This document shows positions 39,376 through 52,605 of a stretch of DNA of 64,000 nucleotides, one piece after another (position 1 is the stretch's first letter; each line of letters begins with the position of its first letter). This stretch comes from Dipteris shenzhenensis (lineage: Eukaryota): NCBI GenBank assembly GCA_047967505.1, contig CM106538.1. One strand, written 5' to 3'. The position numbers and the translations under genes were made by a program. Below the pieces are notes generated by a model. It worked only from the letters and a program-made list of their open reading frames with translations. It was not told where the DNA came from and did no database searches.

Positions 39376-41357
39376 CACCTCAATGTGCTTTGTTCTAGCA
39401 TGATAGATTGGGTTATTTGCCAAGTGTATATTGCTCATGTTGTCACAATAAATGACAATTGGCCCATCTGTAGACTGATGCATATCATAAAGTAGCTTAT
39501 GCAACCAAGCTACCTCACATGCAGCCATTGCTGCACCCCTATACTTAGCCTCTGTGCTCGATAAGGGAACTATAAGCTGTTTCTTGCTGCTCCAAGTGAC
39601 TATAGCACTCCCAAAAGAGAACATATATCCACATGTAGATTGTCTATCAGAAATACTACCAGCCCAATTAGCATCAGTGTATCTATGCAACTGTATCTGA
39701 ACCCCAATTTCATAAAATAGTCCATACTACAATGTGGACTTCACATACCTCAGTTGTGAAGATAGTGGGAGAGAGGGAAGGAGTCTCACTTGCGGCTTTC
39801 TCACATACACAATGGGGGAATACACACAAAGGTGGAGGCTGAAAACAGTTTTCCTCTTCTTAGTTGTGAAAGCCAAAAGAACTCTAGTACAAAGAAATAG
39901 AAGAACCCTATATGTGGGTCTCAAACCAAACTCAGCTAACTAAGGTGGCATACTAACTGAGCCATGAACTAGAGTACATAAGGATAGCTATCATCCTGCT
40001 ATTATTCATGGGCGGTGTACCAACCGCATCTGCAGCTAACATGACATAAATGCACAATGGTCACCCTGGCATATCACAAGTGGAGCTCGATATCTCAACA
40101 CTCCCCCTCGAGATCAATCCCAATTCTTGCACACCAAGCAGGTCTCTGAACTTGCGTAGCTTCTCTGCACCAAATGCCTTCATGAATATGTCAGCTACCT
40201 GATCCTCTGTGCTGACATAAACTAGATCAATAAAACATACTAGAACCTTCTCCTGCAGATAGTGATAATCCACCTCAATGTGCTAGATTGGGTTATTTTC
40301 CGAGTATATATTGCTCATGTTGTCACAATAAATGACAATTGGCCCATCTGTAGACTGATGCATATCATAAAGTAGCTTATGCAACCAAGCTACCTCACAT
40401 ACAGCCATTGCTTCACCCGTGTACTCAGCCTCTGTGCTCGAGAAGGCAATTGTAGGTTGTTTCTTGCTGCTCCAAGTGACTGCAACACTCCCAAAAGAGA
40501 ACATATATCCACTTGTAGATTGTCTATCAAAAATACTACCAACCCAATTAGCATCAGTGTATCCATGCAACTGTATCTGAACCCCAATTTCATAAGATAG
40601 TCCATACTGAAATGTGGACTTCACATACCTCAGTTGTGAAGATAGTGGGAGAGAAGGAAGGAGTCTCACTTGCGGCTTTCTCACATACACAATGGGGGAA
40701 TACACACAAAGGTGGAGGCTGAAAATAGTTTTCCTCTTCTTAGTTGTGAAAGCCAAAAGAACTCTAGTACAAGGAAATAGAAGAACCCTATATGTGGGTC
40801 TCCAACCAAACTCAGCTAACTAAGGTGGCATATTAACTGAGCCATGAACTAGAGTACATAAGGATAGCTGTCATTCATCTATTATTCATGGGCGGTGTAC
40901 CAACCGCATCTATAGGTAACAAGTTGGTGACATAAATGCTCAACGGTCACCTTGGCATATCACGAGTAGAGCTCGATATCTCAACACTCCCCCTCGAGCT
41001 CAATCCCGATTCTTGCACACCAAGCAGGTCTCTGAACTTGTGCAGCTTCTCTGCGCCCAATGCCTTCATGAATATGTCAGCTACTCGATCCTCTGTGCTG
41101 ACATAAACTAGATCAATAAGACCTAGTAAAACCTTCTCCCACACATAGTGATAATGCACCTCAATGTGCTTTGTTCTAGCATGATAGACTGGGTTATTTT
41201 CCAAGTGTATACTGCTCATGTTGTCACAATAAATGACAAATGGACCATTTGTAGACTGATGCATATCATAAAGTAGCTTATGCAACCAAGCTACCTCACA
41301 TGCAACCATTGCTCCACCCCTGTACTCAGCCTTTGTGCTCGATCAGGCAACTGTAGG
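39376..41357 (-). mobile_element. Tandem array of copia A RNaseH-PPT-LTR units, 880-bp period
   Basis: Minus-strand LTRs at 40635-40986 and 39755-40100. Each ends ...TCTTCACA and is joined to ACTGAGGTATGTGAAGTCC (end of RT / start of RNaseH) instead of a PBS. Three RNaseH fragments. Confidence 0.93.
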
Positions 41358-41688
41358 CATCTCCACCTCCCCCTCCCCCTACCCCTCCATTTCCACCTCC
41401 CCCTCCCCTTCCCCCCTCCATTTCCACCTCCCCCTCCCCTTTCCCCCTCCATCCCCACCACCCCCTCCCCCCTCCATCTCCACCTTCCCCTCTCCCTCCC
41501 CCCTCCATTTCCACCACCACCACCCCCTCCCCCCTCCATCTCCACCACCCCCTCCCCCCTCCATCTCCACCACCCTCTCTCTCTTTCTCTCTCTCTCTCT
41601 CTTACACACTCTCTCTCTTTCTCTTTCTCTCTCTCTCTGTCTGTCTCTCTCTCTTTCTCACTCTCTCTCTCTCTCTCTTTCTCACTCA

Positions 41689-41737
<49 letters not shown>

Positions 41738-41891
41738 ACACACTCTCTCTTTCTCACTCTCTCTCTTTCTCTCTCACTCTCTCTCTCACTCTTTGTCTCT
41801 CTTTCTCTCTCACTCTCTCTCTCACTCTTTCTCTCTCTTTCTTTCTCTCTCTCTCTTACTCTTTCTCTCTCTTACTCTCTCTCTTACTCTT

Positions 41892-41927
<36 letters not shown>

Positions 41928-41995
41928 CCTCTCTCTTACTCTCTCTCTCTCTTTCTCTCTCTCACTCTCTCTCTCTTTCTCTCTCATGCTCTCTC
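41358..41995. repeat. C-rich low-complexity tract and (CT)n microsatellite
   Basis: CCCCTC units, then a long imperfect CT run. Confidence 0.97.
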
Positions 41996-44900
41996 TGTGG
42001 GGGTTAAAGGTCATTGTGCCTTTACCCCGGTTATGTACAATACTCAAACACATATATAAATGAATGAAAAAGAAGATTAGGGTGGTTCTACACCCACCAA
42101 AACTTGTGTGGCTCTCTGTCTCTCTCTCTCTCCTTCTTCCGTTCTTGCTTTCGTTTAGAGAACTATCAACTGGTATCAGAGCCCGGGTGATCTAGCTGAG
42201 CATGTGTGAATGCTTAAAGATCAACAGCTCTGTGGGAGGAAGGACAAGCTCTGTGGGAAGCTTTGTGGGTGACTTTACTTGCATCCGAGTGTGTAGAGAC
42301 CTTGGAGGAACCTTTGGAAAAGTCACTTTGGCTTTGCGAAGTGGTTTTGAGAGCCTGTTAAGAGTTTTCAAAGAAAAAGTCATTTTTTGAGCTTTTCCCT
42401 GTTCTGTTCGATGACAGAGACTCCGTATTGACTTGTATGGCAACTATTGCTTGCTTTTGGTGTCCACTTCACTTCAGGAGCTTGGAAACACCTTCATTCT
42501 TGAATCCGGATCATTTCATTGGAGTTCTGGCTCTCTATGTCAGTTTCTGCGTTTTTTGCCCGGGTGTTGGAACTCAAGTTTAGAGCAACCATTTGCAGAT
42601 CTGTCAGTTCCAGTGGACTAAGGAGGTCCTAAAACTTCTATGTTGCTCATCATTCGCACTCCGGTGGAGTTTACAAACAGCTTTGTTTCCAAAAACGTTT
42701 TTCAATCCGTGTGTTGGACCCAGTGATTGAGACCACGGTTTCTAAAACCGTCTGTTCCATTGCGTTCCGAACACCCAAAAACCCCTACCCGTCAGTTCTT
42801 GCGTGATTCGGTGGAGGATTTTCAGAGTTATAGATCTCTGTGTATTCGATTTCATCTCTCTGTTATGCATTTTTCATTCTAAGGTTTTGAAACCTTAGAT
42901 TTATGCCACATGGCAGTGGATAAGTATTGACTCCTATTTCTCACTCATCGGTTGGGATTTTGGAGTTCTGGCAGAAGAGAGATATTTGCAAATTTTCTTG
43001 CTGAGTCCGATTATGCAATGGCGCCCATGTTTTTGAGGCATCTCAGGTTTTATTTTCAGTAGCGGTCATTACCGTGGGACTATGATTTTTTTATGCAGAT
43101 CACTCTGGTTGCAGTTTGAGTAGTGTGCGCTCATTCGTGGTATGCATTGGGTTGCAGTGGATGATTTATAGGCCATTTAGATGCATTACGGTCCTTATTG
43201 GATGCACTGATAGACCCAAATTGCCTTATGGGATGCTATTTTTTTATGGACGCTTTGCACATGGATGCTATTTTATGCTGAGGGACAGCCTTGACACATT
43301 GCAGGTGATGCACTAATAGTGCTATGCTCTCTTGGATGAGATATTATTGATGCATATGCCAGTGGACGGTGTTTATGCTTGAGTCATTTGGCACTTATTG
43401 GCATTTTCTTTTGGGCCAAATTTGCTCATATGGATGCATAGTATATGCACAGGAGTCAGATGCATCTTTTGATGCTTTGAGCTTTGAGTTTTGGTGATAT
43501 TTCACTCTATTGTGGCATATACATTTGGGTGCACCTGGTATTTGGTGTGATTCTCTCTTGCAGGCACTAGCATTTGGGATTTCGCTTTATTTGCATCATG
43601 GCATCCTCTTCCATGTCTGAAAAGGAGTTTTTCAGCATTAAAAAGTTTGATGGGACAAACTTTTCTTTGTGGAAAGAACAAATAAGGGATGTGCTTATTC
43701 AAAAGAAGCAGATTAAACCCTTGGCAGGGATTGAGGCTAAGCTTGCAAATATGTCTGAGAATGATTGGAATGAGTTGGATGCATTAGCAAAGTCTACTAT
43801 TAGACTTCATCTTGCAGAGTCAGTTTATTTCACAGTAGTAAATGAGCAGACTACGGAAGACTTGTGGAAGAAACTGTGCGACACTTATGAGAAGGAAACT
43901 GCCTCTAATAAAGTTTACCTCATGACGAGGTTGTTTGAGCTGCAAATGAAGGAAGGGGTCTCCATTGCTTCTCACTTGAATGAATTCAATATTATTTTCA
44001 GCCAGCTTCAGGCTCAGAAAATGAATTTTGATGTGGAGACTAAGGCAATATTTCTCTTATGTTCATTGCCATCCTCATGGGATACCTTCCGTACAGCTGT
44101 CAGTAACTTTGCACCTGGTGGAGTACTGAAATTTGATGATGTTGTGGGTAGCTTATTGTCCGAGGAGATTAGACGAAAGTCTATGGATGGCAACAAGCAG
44201 GATGCAGCCTTAAATGTGCAAAGGGGCAGATCACAGTTCAGGGGGAAGTCCCAAGAAAGAGGGAAGTCTCGTAGCAAATCCAGGGCATGGAACATTAAGT
44301 GTTACCATTGTGGCAAGAAGGGCCATACGAAAAAGGATTGCTACAAGCTAAAAAGAGAGCAAAAGGATAAGAAAAAGAATGCAAATTGGGGTGCAAATCA
44401 AAAGGAAGAGAGTCCAAGGGAGGACAAAGGAAAAGTAAAGATCGAGGAGATCAATGCAGTCACATATGATAGTGACAATGATGTTCTCTTCATGTCTAGT
44501 TTATCTGCAGAGTTGCTTACCACTTCAGATGATGCATATTCCTAGGATTGGATTTTGGATTCTGGTACTTCATTCCATGTTACTCCCCATAGGGAATGGT
44601 TCTCCACTTATGACAGTGGAAAGACAGGTTGTGTGCATCTTGGAAATGACTATGCATGTGACATAGTGGGAGTAGGTGACATAAAGTTTTCTTTTGCAAA
44701 TGGGCCTGCATTTGTTTTGAAACATGTGAGACATGTGCCTAAGCTGACCAAGAGTCTTATTTCAGTGGGTCAGCTAGATGATGTTGGTTTTCACACCACT
44801 TTTGGCTTTCAGAGTTGGAAAATTCAGAAGGGCTCTATGCTTTTGGCCAGGGGTGCCAAGTGTGGGACTTTGTATCCCTTACATGTATCAGGGGTATTTG

Positions 44901-47865
44901 ATCATGTTGTTGCAATAACCGAGCAGCCAAGCACTTCTTTGTGGCATTGCAGGTTGGGGCACATGAGCCAGAATGGAATGAAACTCTTATGCCGTTTGGG
45001 TTATGTACCGCATTTGAGTTTCTTTGATTTTGAATTTTGTGAGCATTGTCTCTATGGGAAGCAGACTAAATCAGCCCATAAAAGAAGGGGAAAGAAAGAG
45101 TTTGAAAAGCTTGATTTGGTGCATTCAGACGTATGTGGTCCCATGCCTACATGGTCATTAGGCGGGGTTGAATACTATGTGACATTCATTGATGATGCAA
45201 CTAGGAAAGTGTGGGCTTATGCTATAGCTCGGAAGAGTGATGTGTTCCAGGTATTTCAGAAATGGCTGGCCTTGGTTGAGAATCAGTCAGGTAGAATGCT
45301 TAAATGCCTACGGACTGACAATGGTGGAGAGTATCTCTCTCATGACTTTCAGCATTTCTGTGATACACGTGGGATTAAGAGAGAGCTCACATCCCCTCGT
45401 ACTCCAGAGCAAAATCCAGTTGCAGAAAAGATGAACCGTACCATTCAAAAAAGGTTGCAATGCATGCTTTCCAATGCAAGTATTTCTGGTGGTTTTTGGG
45501 CTAAGGCAATGAAGACTGCAGTGCATGTGATCAATAGATCACCTAGTAAGAGTTTGGATGGTGGTATTATTGAAGAGGCATGGAGTGGCAAGAAGCCCTC
45601 TTACTCTCATTTGCGTATATTTGGGTGTGAGGCATATGCACATGTGCCAAAGGAGCTTCGAAAGAAGCTAGATCCTAAGTCTAGGAAATGCATCTTTCTG
45701 GGTTATGGTGAAAGTGGAGAGATGGGCTATCGTCTCTGGGATCCAGAAGCAAAGAAGATCATACGCAGCCATGATGTGGTCTTCAATGAGAAGAAGATGC
45801 ATAAGGCACCCATGAGGGATGTGGAAATGAGGAGAATCACTTTCCAAGATGTGAATCCACCTACATATGTTGATAGACAGCAAGCTGTCCATGCACCAAA
45901 TGTGCAAGAAATGGTACCACCAAGTACTCCCACAGGTATACAAACAAGGGTAGATGATGGATCATCTATTGGTGGAAATGATGAGCCAAATGTGGCTGAT
46001 ATGCAAGTGGGACAGCAAGCTGAAATGCCCTTGAGAAGATCATCTAGAGTATCTAGACCGCCTGATAGGTTTGTTCCAGGGGTAGACTATGTGATGCTTA
46101 CTAATTGCGGGGAGCCTTCTTGCTACAGAGAGGCTATGATGTGCGAGGATCAATGCAAGTGGGAGTATGCTATGCAATCAGAGATGAGTTCACTTATGAA
46201 TAATAAGACTTGGAACTTGGTTTCTTTGCCACATGGAAAGAAAGCATTGCCATGTAAATGGGTCTACAAGATGAAGGTCACAGGTGATGATGTGCCTAGG
46301 TACAAGGCCCGTTTGGTTGCTAAAGGGTTCAAGCAAGAGAAGGGTGTGGACTTTGATGAGATATTCTCTCCGGTTGTGAAGATGACCACACTTGGATGCA
46401 TGCTTGGACTAGTGGCATCAGAGGATATGGAGCTTATGCAGATGGATGTCAAGACAGCTTTCTTGCATGCGGATCTGCATGAGGAAATTTATATGTTTCA
46501 GCCGGAAGGATTTAGTTTGCAAGCTGAAGAAGAGCCTCTATAGTCTTAAGCAAGCGCCTAGAGAATGGTATCAAAAGTTTGATGCTTTCATTCGGTCCCA
46601 GGGTTTTAGAAGGAGTGAAATTGATCACTGCCTCTACACTAAAAGGACTAAGGATAATAGCCTGATAATCTTGGCACTATATGTGGATGATATGCTATTG
46701 GCTAGCAAGAATACTTATGAGCTAGATGCATTAAAGGCCAAGTTGCATAAGGCCTTTGATATGAAGGATTTGGGACTTGCAGGTCATATTCTTGGTATGC
46801 GCATCACGCGTGATCGGAGTAGGAAACTCCTTTGGCTTTCACTAAAAGAGTATGTTACAAAAGTATTGCAGCGTTTCAATATGGAGGGGGGGAAGGCAGT
46901 GAGTACTCCATTGCCTCCGTATGTGAAACTGAGTCATACAGATAGTCCCAAATCAGATGCGGAAAGGGCCATGATGGCCAAGGTTCCTTATGCATCAGTA
47001 GTTGGGAGTCTTATGTATGCTATGATAGCTACTAGACCAGACATTGCATTTGCAGTGGGAGTTGTTAGCCGGTATATGGCTAATCTAGGAAAGAGGCATT
47101 GGGAGGCAGTTAAGTGCATCATGAGGTACATGAAGGGTACCAAGGAGATGTGCATTTGCTTTGGTAAAGGAGACATGCGTGTACTTGGGTACACAGATTC
47201 AAACTATGCAGGGGCATGTGGATAGTAGGAGATCCACTTCTGGTTATGTGTTCACCTTTGCAGGTGGTGCAGTGTCATGGATGTCTCGTGCACAGAAGTG
47301 CATGGTTTTGTCTACCACAGAGGCTGAGTATGTTGCAGCCACAGAGGGTTGTAAGGAGGCTATATGGCTTGATCTACTAGTGGGAGATTTGGGGATTCAT
47401 ACAGGTGTACTGACATTGCATAGTGATTCCATGAGTGCTATTCAGCTAGCACGGAATCCGGTCTTTCATTAAAGACCAAACACATTGAGGTCAGGTACCA
47501 TTTCATCAGGGAGGTACTTGAGGACAAGTGCATAGTGCTTGTCAAGGTTCATATAGATGATAACCCTACAGATATGCTGACGAAGAGTCTACCTAGTCAG
47601 CGGTTTGGGTATTGTCATGTATTGATGGGCATTGGATAGTAAGCTCACTGGTTGTTCTCCCTTAAAGGCACATTGTCCTTTAAGTGGGAGGTTGTGGGGG
47701 TTAAAGGTCATTGTGCCTTTACCACGGTTATGTACAATACTCAAACACATATATAAATGAATGAAAAAGAAGATTACGGTGGTTTTGCACCCACCAAGAC
47801 TTGTGTGGCTCTCTGTCTCTCTCTCTCTCCTTCTTCCGTTCTTGCTTCCATTGAGAGAACTCTCA
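41996..47865 (+). mobile_element. Ty1/copia family C with 173-bp LTRs
   Basis: LTRs 41996-42168 and 47693-47865, PBS TGGTATCAGAGCC at 42171, PPT AAGTGGGAGG, TSD CTCTC, ~1.4-kb 5' leader. Confidence 0.95.
43598..47639 (+). pseudogene. copia gag-pol (Tnt1-like), with stops and frameshifts
   Basis: KFDGTNFSLWK, CYHCGKKGHTKKDC, LDSGTSFH, VHSDVCGP, RTDNGGEY, YKARLVAKG, YVDDML, STTEAEY. Confidence 0.94.
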
Positions 47866-47921
47866 CTCTCTTTTCTCTCTCTCTCTTCTCTCTCCCTCAC
47901 TCTCTCTCTCTTTTCTCTCTC

Positions 47922-47960
<39 letters not shown>

Positions 47961-48115
47961 CCCCTCCCCCCCTCTCTCTCTCTCTTCCCCTTACTCCCCT
48001 TCTCTCTACCACCCTCCCCCTTGCTCTACCATCTTCCTCTCTCTTCTCTCTTCCCCCCCTCTCTCTACCACCCCCTCTCTGCTCTCCCCCCTCCCCCCAC
48101 CCCCTCCCCTCCTGC
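47866..48115. repeat. CT / C-rich microsatellite (continuation of the left tract)
   Basis: Low-complexity pyrimidine tract. Confidence 0.95.
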
Positions 48116-48204
48116 TTCGGTGCCTTGTAGTGGCAGCCACCCTACCCCGGCCCCCATCCCCGCCCGTGGCAGAGCACCAGTGGCGCCCACCGCCCCGCCC
48201 ACAG

Positions 48205-48412
48205 CTTACAACTTTGTGGTACAACTTTGTGTTACAACTTTGTGATACAACTTTGTGTTACAACTTTGTGTTACAACTTCGTGTTACAACTTTGTGATAC
48301 AAATTTGTGTTACAACTTGGTGATACAACTTTGTGTTACAACTTCTACATACGACTTCAACTTTGTGTTACAACTTTGTAATACGATTTTGTGTTACAAC
48401 TTTGTGTTACAA
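48205..48412. repeat. 13-bp minisatellite (TTACAACTTTGTG)n
   Basis: About 15 imperfect tandem copies. Confidence 0.93.
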
Positions 48413-48584
48413 TTCCTACATGCAGAGAGAGAAGCTCTCCAACTTGTATAAATACCCCATCATGAAATGAAGCCCACACTCTTTAGGGCATTGTGTTGAG
48501 TCTACTTTGGTATTCCAAGCATTTGTTTCAAGTGTCCATGCTTCCTTGCACTCCACATCCAAAAGCATGTCCTACCCTTGCAAC

Positions 48585-48780
48585 TCCTCCTCCCCTCTCC
48601 TCCAACCTCGCAACCCATCCTCTCCCTCTCCTCCTCCCTCCTCCTCCTTCCTCCTCCTCCTCCCTCCTCCCTCCTCCCTCCTCCTCCTCCTCTCTTCTCC
48701 TCCTCCTCCTCTCTCCTCCTCCTCCTCCTCTCTCCTCCTCCTCCCTCCTCCTCCTCCCTCCTCTCTCTTCTTTCCCCCAT
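48585..48780. repeat. (CCT)n microsatellite
   Basis: Imperfect CCT run. Confidence 0.9.
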
Positions 48781-48889
48781 GCTCTTACACCTTCTTCCTC
48801 TCCCACTCCTATGCTCCCCCTAACCCTTTCTTTCTCAACCCTTAAAACTCCATGATCTATGAGGGAGATGAGTTCTCCACCATGTACTC

Positions 48890-49090
48890 TACCCTAAACC
48901 CTGGAACCTCCTTCTAAACCTTGGAACTCCTTCTAAACCCTAGAACCTCCTTCTAACCCTAGAACCTCCTTCTGATTCCTTCTAACTCTGGACTCCTTCT
49001 GAACCCTGGAACCTCCTTCTGAACCCTGGAACCTCCTTCTAACCTTGGAACCTTCTTCTAACCCTTAAACTCCTCCTAAACCCTACAACC
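48890..49090. repeat. ~20-bp minisatellite AACCCTRGAACCTCCTTCT with telomere-like TAAACCC cores
   Basis: About 9-10 imperfect tandem units; begins ACCCTAAACCCT. Confidence 0.85.
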
Positions 49091-49099
49091 CCCAGTGAA

Positions 49100-52000
49100 G
49101 GCGAAAGTCTTCATTACCTCAATCATGATGATACATGTTCCTTTTACACATGCATGCACTATGTTTGCTCACCACACTTAAGCTTACATCTCTCATTGGA
49201 ACATGACTCGAGGTCCTAAGCTACACGTATACTACCAATGACAACCCCAATATATCTATAGCTGACAAAAAGCCTCAGAACCTTACAAACATAGAATACC
49301 CAGCTCTTCCTATGAAAGCAGTAGGAAAGAGCCGACACATTTTGGCAACATTGGTTTCTAGTTATACGACAATAACACCTCCAGTTACTATCAAGCCCTC
49401 AAAGACCCCAAAGTGGCTCCCTACATCTAGGCCAGGGATGATTTTTTCATGTTAGTTTCATTAAAGAGCAAAAATTTAATATTGGTGTCGAAAGTTTGTA
49501 TGTCCTTATAAAAAAATATTTGAAACATTAACCACGATTTGAAACTTTTATGTGAAAAGTTTTGAAGTTTTGCCAGGATTACTTCAAAATTCAAAAGAAA
49601 ATATACAAAAGTATGCTATATTCTATCAATATTGTGAAACTAAAAAATCTAGCTTGATAAAATTTTGCCAAGATTTTATATTAATATATAAACATAACTT
49701 TGATAAAAACATCCATGATCCCCAGGCCATGGTTGTAGGCCCAGTTGCTAATCTAAAGATGGTAGCCAAGTTCATGCCCAACTTCAATGAGGCCAGCAAC
49801 ACGATGTCCTACAAAGATGAAGTTGGCAACGTGCGATAGTATTGGTTCACAATAAATACCATTCGCTTGGCCTTTGGTCTCCCAATTCTCACCATACCCT
49901 TTGTGCAGCTACGCCAAATGGAGAAACAATTAATGGGGCTAGTAAAGTACTCCACCAAGAAGAATAGGGGTGGCATACCAATTGTGGAGATCCATAACCC
50001 CACCATTGTCACGAAGGTTGGTAGGGTGGAAAATCTCCTAATATGTTGTCCTGACTATTCCATCCCAACTCCCCAACTTGGTAAAATATTTCTACAAGGA
50101 GCTCTCTACTTTATATGCCCATACCTAGTATAAAGTTGGCAACCCGATGATTTTTATGCTGATCATGGTGCACCTATATGAGACCCCACTGGTGATAGAC
50201 ACCTACAACATTACAGTAGCAAAGGATAGCTCCCTCCTATCAATTCTGGCATTGAAATAGACTACCCAAGGAAGTTGACCCCTTCTTTGAAGAAAAAGAT
50301 GAGTCTACCCACCCCCACCTCAAGAAACCCAATCCATGAATCGATGCCAAGCTACAAGCGGCCAATGAAGAGCCTTGAAAGGTACTAGAAGAGGCCAGAC
50401 AATAGAAAGAAAGGGAACATGCATAGGTTGACACTAATGAAAATATGAGGAGGCCACCTCCTACAAATTCCTCTCATTGACCTCTCCCACGACCTCCAAA
50501 TCCCTAGCTCCCCCATCCATCCATGACGTGCAGGCCAAGGAAGTGAAGGTTGGGCCATTAATGTCTCCACAAAAGAAGAACTCCACACTGCCATGGCTGG
50601 GGCATAGGTGAAGCAACATAAAATATCGGAGGCCCAATATCAGCAACAATGGCAATGGCCACTAAGAGGAGATAGGTGGGTGGCTCGCTTGCTCATTGCA
50701 CCAAGAGGAGATAGGTGGGTGGCTCAGAGGGAGTCCCTTGCTCATTGCACCTCTGCTGCCTACTTTCCTCCCAAATAGTATTACCCTCCTCATGGAAACA
50801 AATAGAGATGCCTCAAAAATGGAAAAGCATTTTATGGATGTCTTGGTCTCTATGGGCTAAATGGTGAGAACCATCTTCACTAAGATGTAGCAGTATGCCA
50901 AGCAACAATCCTTCAATGTTCACGTGGCTCATCTTCAAAAGAACAAAAAACAAGAGATGCTAGACAAAGAATGATAGGAAAAGTGCAAAATGGTTGAGGC
51001 TACAAGACTAGAGGCACTGGAGCAAACCTAAGCACTTAAAGCCAAACTGCAAGAGATGGAGCTTGCCCTTGCAAACAAGGGAGAGTCCTTGGCCACACAA
51101 CATGAGGCACATCAATGCCAAGCCATTGAGGATTGGGAGTAGTACGAGGTGCTCTAAACTTGAAATCTGGATACAAAGAATCAATAGTTATAGTAGGCTT
51201 TCCAGATCGATCAACTCCTCTTCAAATAGAAGAATGAATAATAGTTCGTAATATCATCCTATTAGTATAGTAGTTCTTTTTAATAGGGTAGTGGAAGCCA
51301 TACAAAACATGCTCCAAGATGGCTTTAGCCAATTTGATGATTTGCATCTGACTTACCCAACTAATCTCAAGAATTAGGCACTAAAGCAGCATTGGCAATT
51401 TTTTATTCTACATGGCCTACCCCCAACAAGGCTGCACACCAGCTACTTGTGCAACTCCTACTACTAACACTGCCTCTAGACCCACTTTAGAACCATTCAC
51501 TTCATAGCACACCACCACCACACACACACTCACAAAGCATGACACTACAAGAGTTGGATGGTCCAAAAGATCTATGCACATTGTCATGGTACTAGACCTT
51601 AAAGCCAATGCTCTCTGTAGAAGTTGAGGGTCCCAATGATGAAGAAGATATCAAGGAGGTGAACAAGAACCCAATAGAAGAAGAGGACACCTTACGAAAC
51701 TACCACTCGACCATAAAATTTGGTACTAGTGTCCTTTAAGGTGTTCAAAGATGTCTTCAACATCAACTAGTGGCAGGGAAAGTTAAAAAGTTTCCAACCC
51801 AAGTAAAAGGATTTAATGGAATTTCGTGCCCTCATCAAACTCCTACAAAAATATTTTGCAAATTATGCAATGACAACCCTTGGTACACACACAGTAGCTA
51901 AATCCTCCCAGATATTAACAAGGTGCCAACTATTCATAGTAGTGATGCAAGGCTCCAACCTAAATGGAGGGTCCCATTTTTGAAGCACAAGGCATTTTTG

Positions 52001-52191
52001 TGGACGTACTACTTGGCCTTGCAAGACCAAAGAGTCCTAAGACATGTACGATGCACACTTTTGGTTGCCTCCATCCATTTTGCCACATCTCCCAAGACTC
52101 TTGACTACCAAAGGATAATGAAGAACACCGTCATGTCTGACACTATGCATTGCATCAATCAATGGATGGATCACAAAGCGGAAGGGGGGCA
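49100..52191 (+). mobile_element. Decayed internal region of a second probable LTR element (accessory ORF remnants)
   Basis: Broken ORFs with coiled-coil-like and Cys/His remnants. Ends in GGAAGGGGGGC + ATGTTAAC (PPT/LTR-like), the same layout as 1-5650. Confidence 0.4.
49435..49722. mobile_element. Putative AT-rich MITE
   Basis: Abrupt AT-rich block with GGGAT...ATCCC ends, flanked by TAGGCCA / CAGGCCA. Confidence 0.5.
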
Positions 52192-52605
52192 TGTTAACTA
52201 CCAAGGTTAATAGTGATATGTTTCCAAAGATAGCACAAAGAATAGGGAGAGGATGAAAGGAAGATAATAGAAATCTACCTTGGAGCCATATGGGCCCAAG
52301 TGCCTTGTAAAAACAAGAAAGAAAGAGAGGTAACATAGAATAGGGTTGGCCCTCCCTTCAAAAGTTAGAATGCATAAAAGGCCAAAGGTTTGACTTTGAT
52401 CTTCTTTGTTCTATGCACACATTTGGAAATATAGGCTCTCTTTCTATTCCATGAGTTGTCTTGAGAATTCTCTTGTTTCCTATCATAGTGCCTTTGGGAT
52501 TGCTACTCCCTCTCCCCCCACTTCATTCCACTCTCCCATTCCCTTTTTGCTTCTCTTCTTCCTTCTCCCCTCCCCCTCTTTCTCTCTTGGAGTCACACCA
52601 TAACA
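52192..52605 (+). repeat. Putative 3' LTR
   Basis: TGTTAAC ... ATAACA termini directly after a G-rich PPT; AAATATA at ~52428; no partner LTR found. Confidence 0.5.

Noticed and set aside
41280-42063. Long Pro/Leu/Ser- and Glu/Arg-rich ORFs
   Set aside because: Artefacts of stop-free CT/C-rich microsatellite; the same applies to 47757-48855.
48205-48412. CRISPR-like periodic array
   Set aside because: Contiguous 13-bp units with no unique spacers, in a eukaryotic context.
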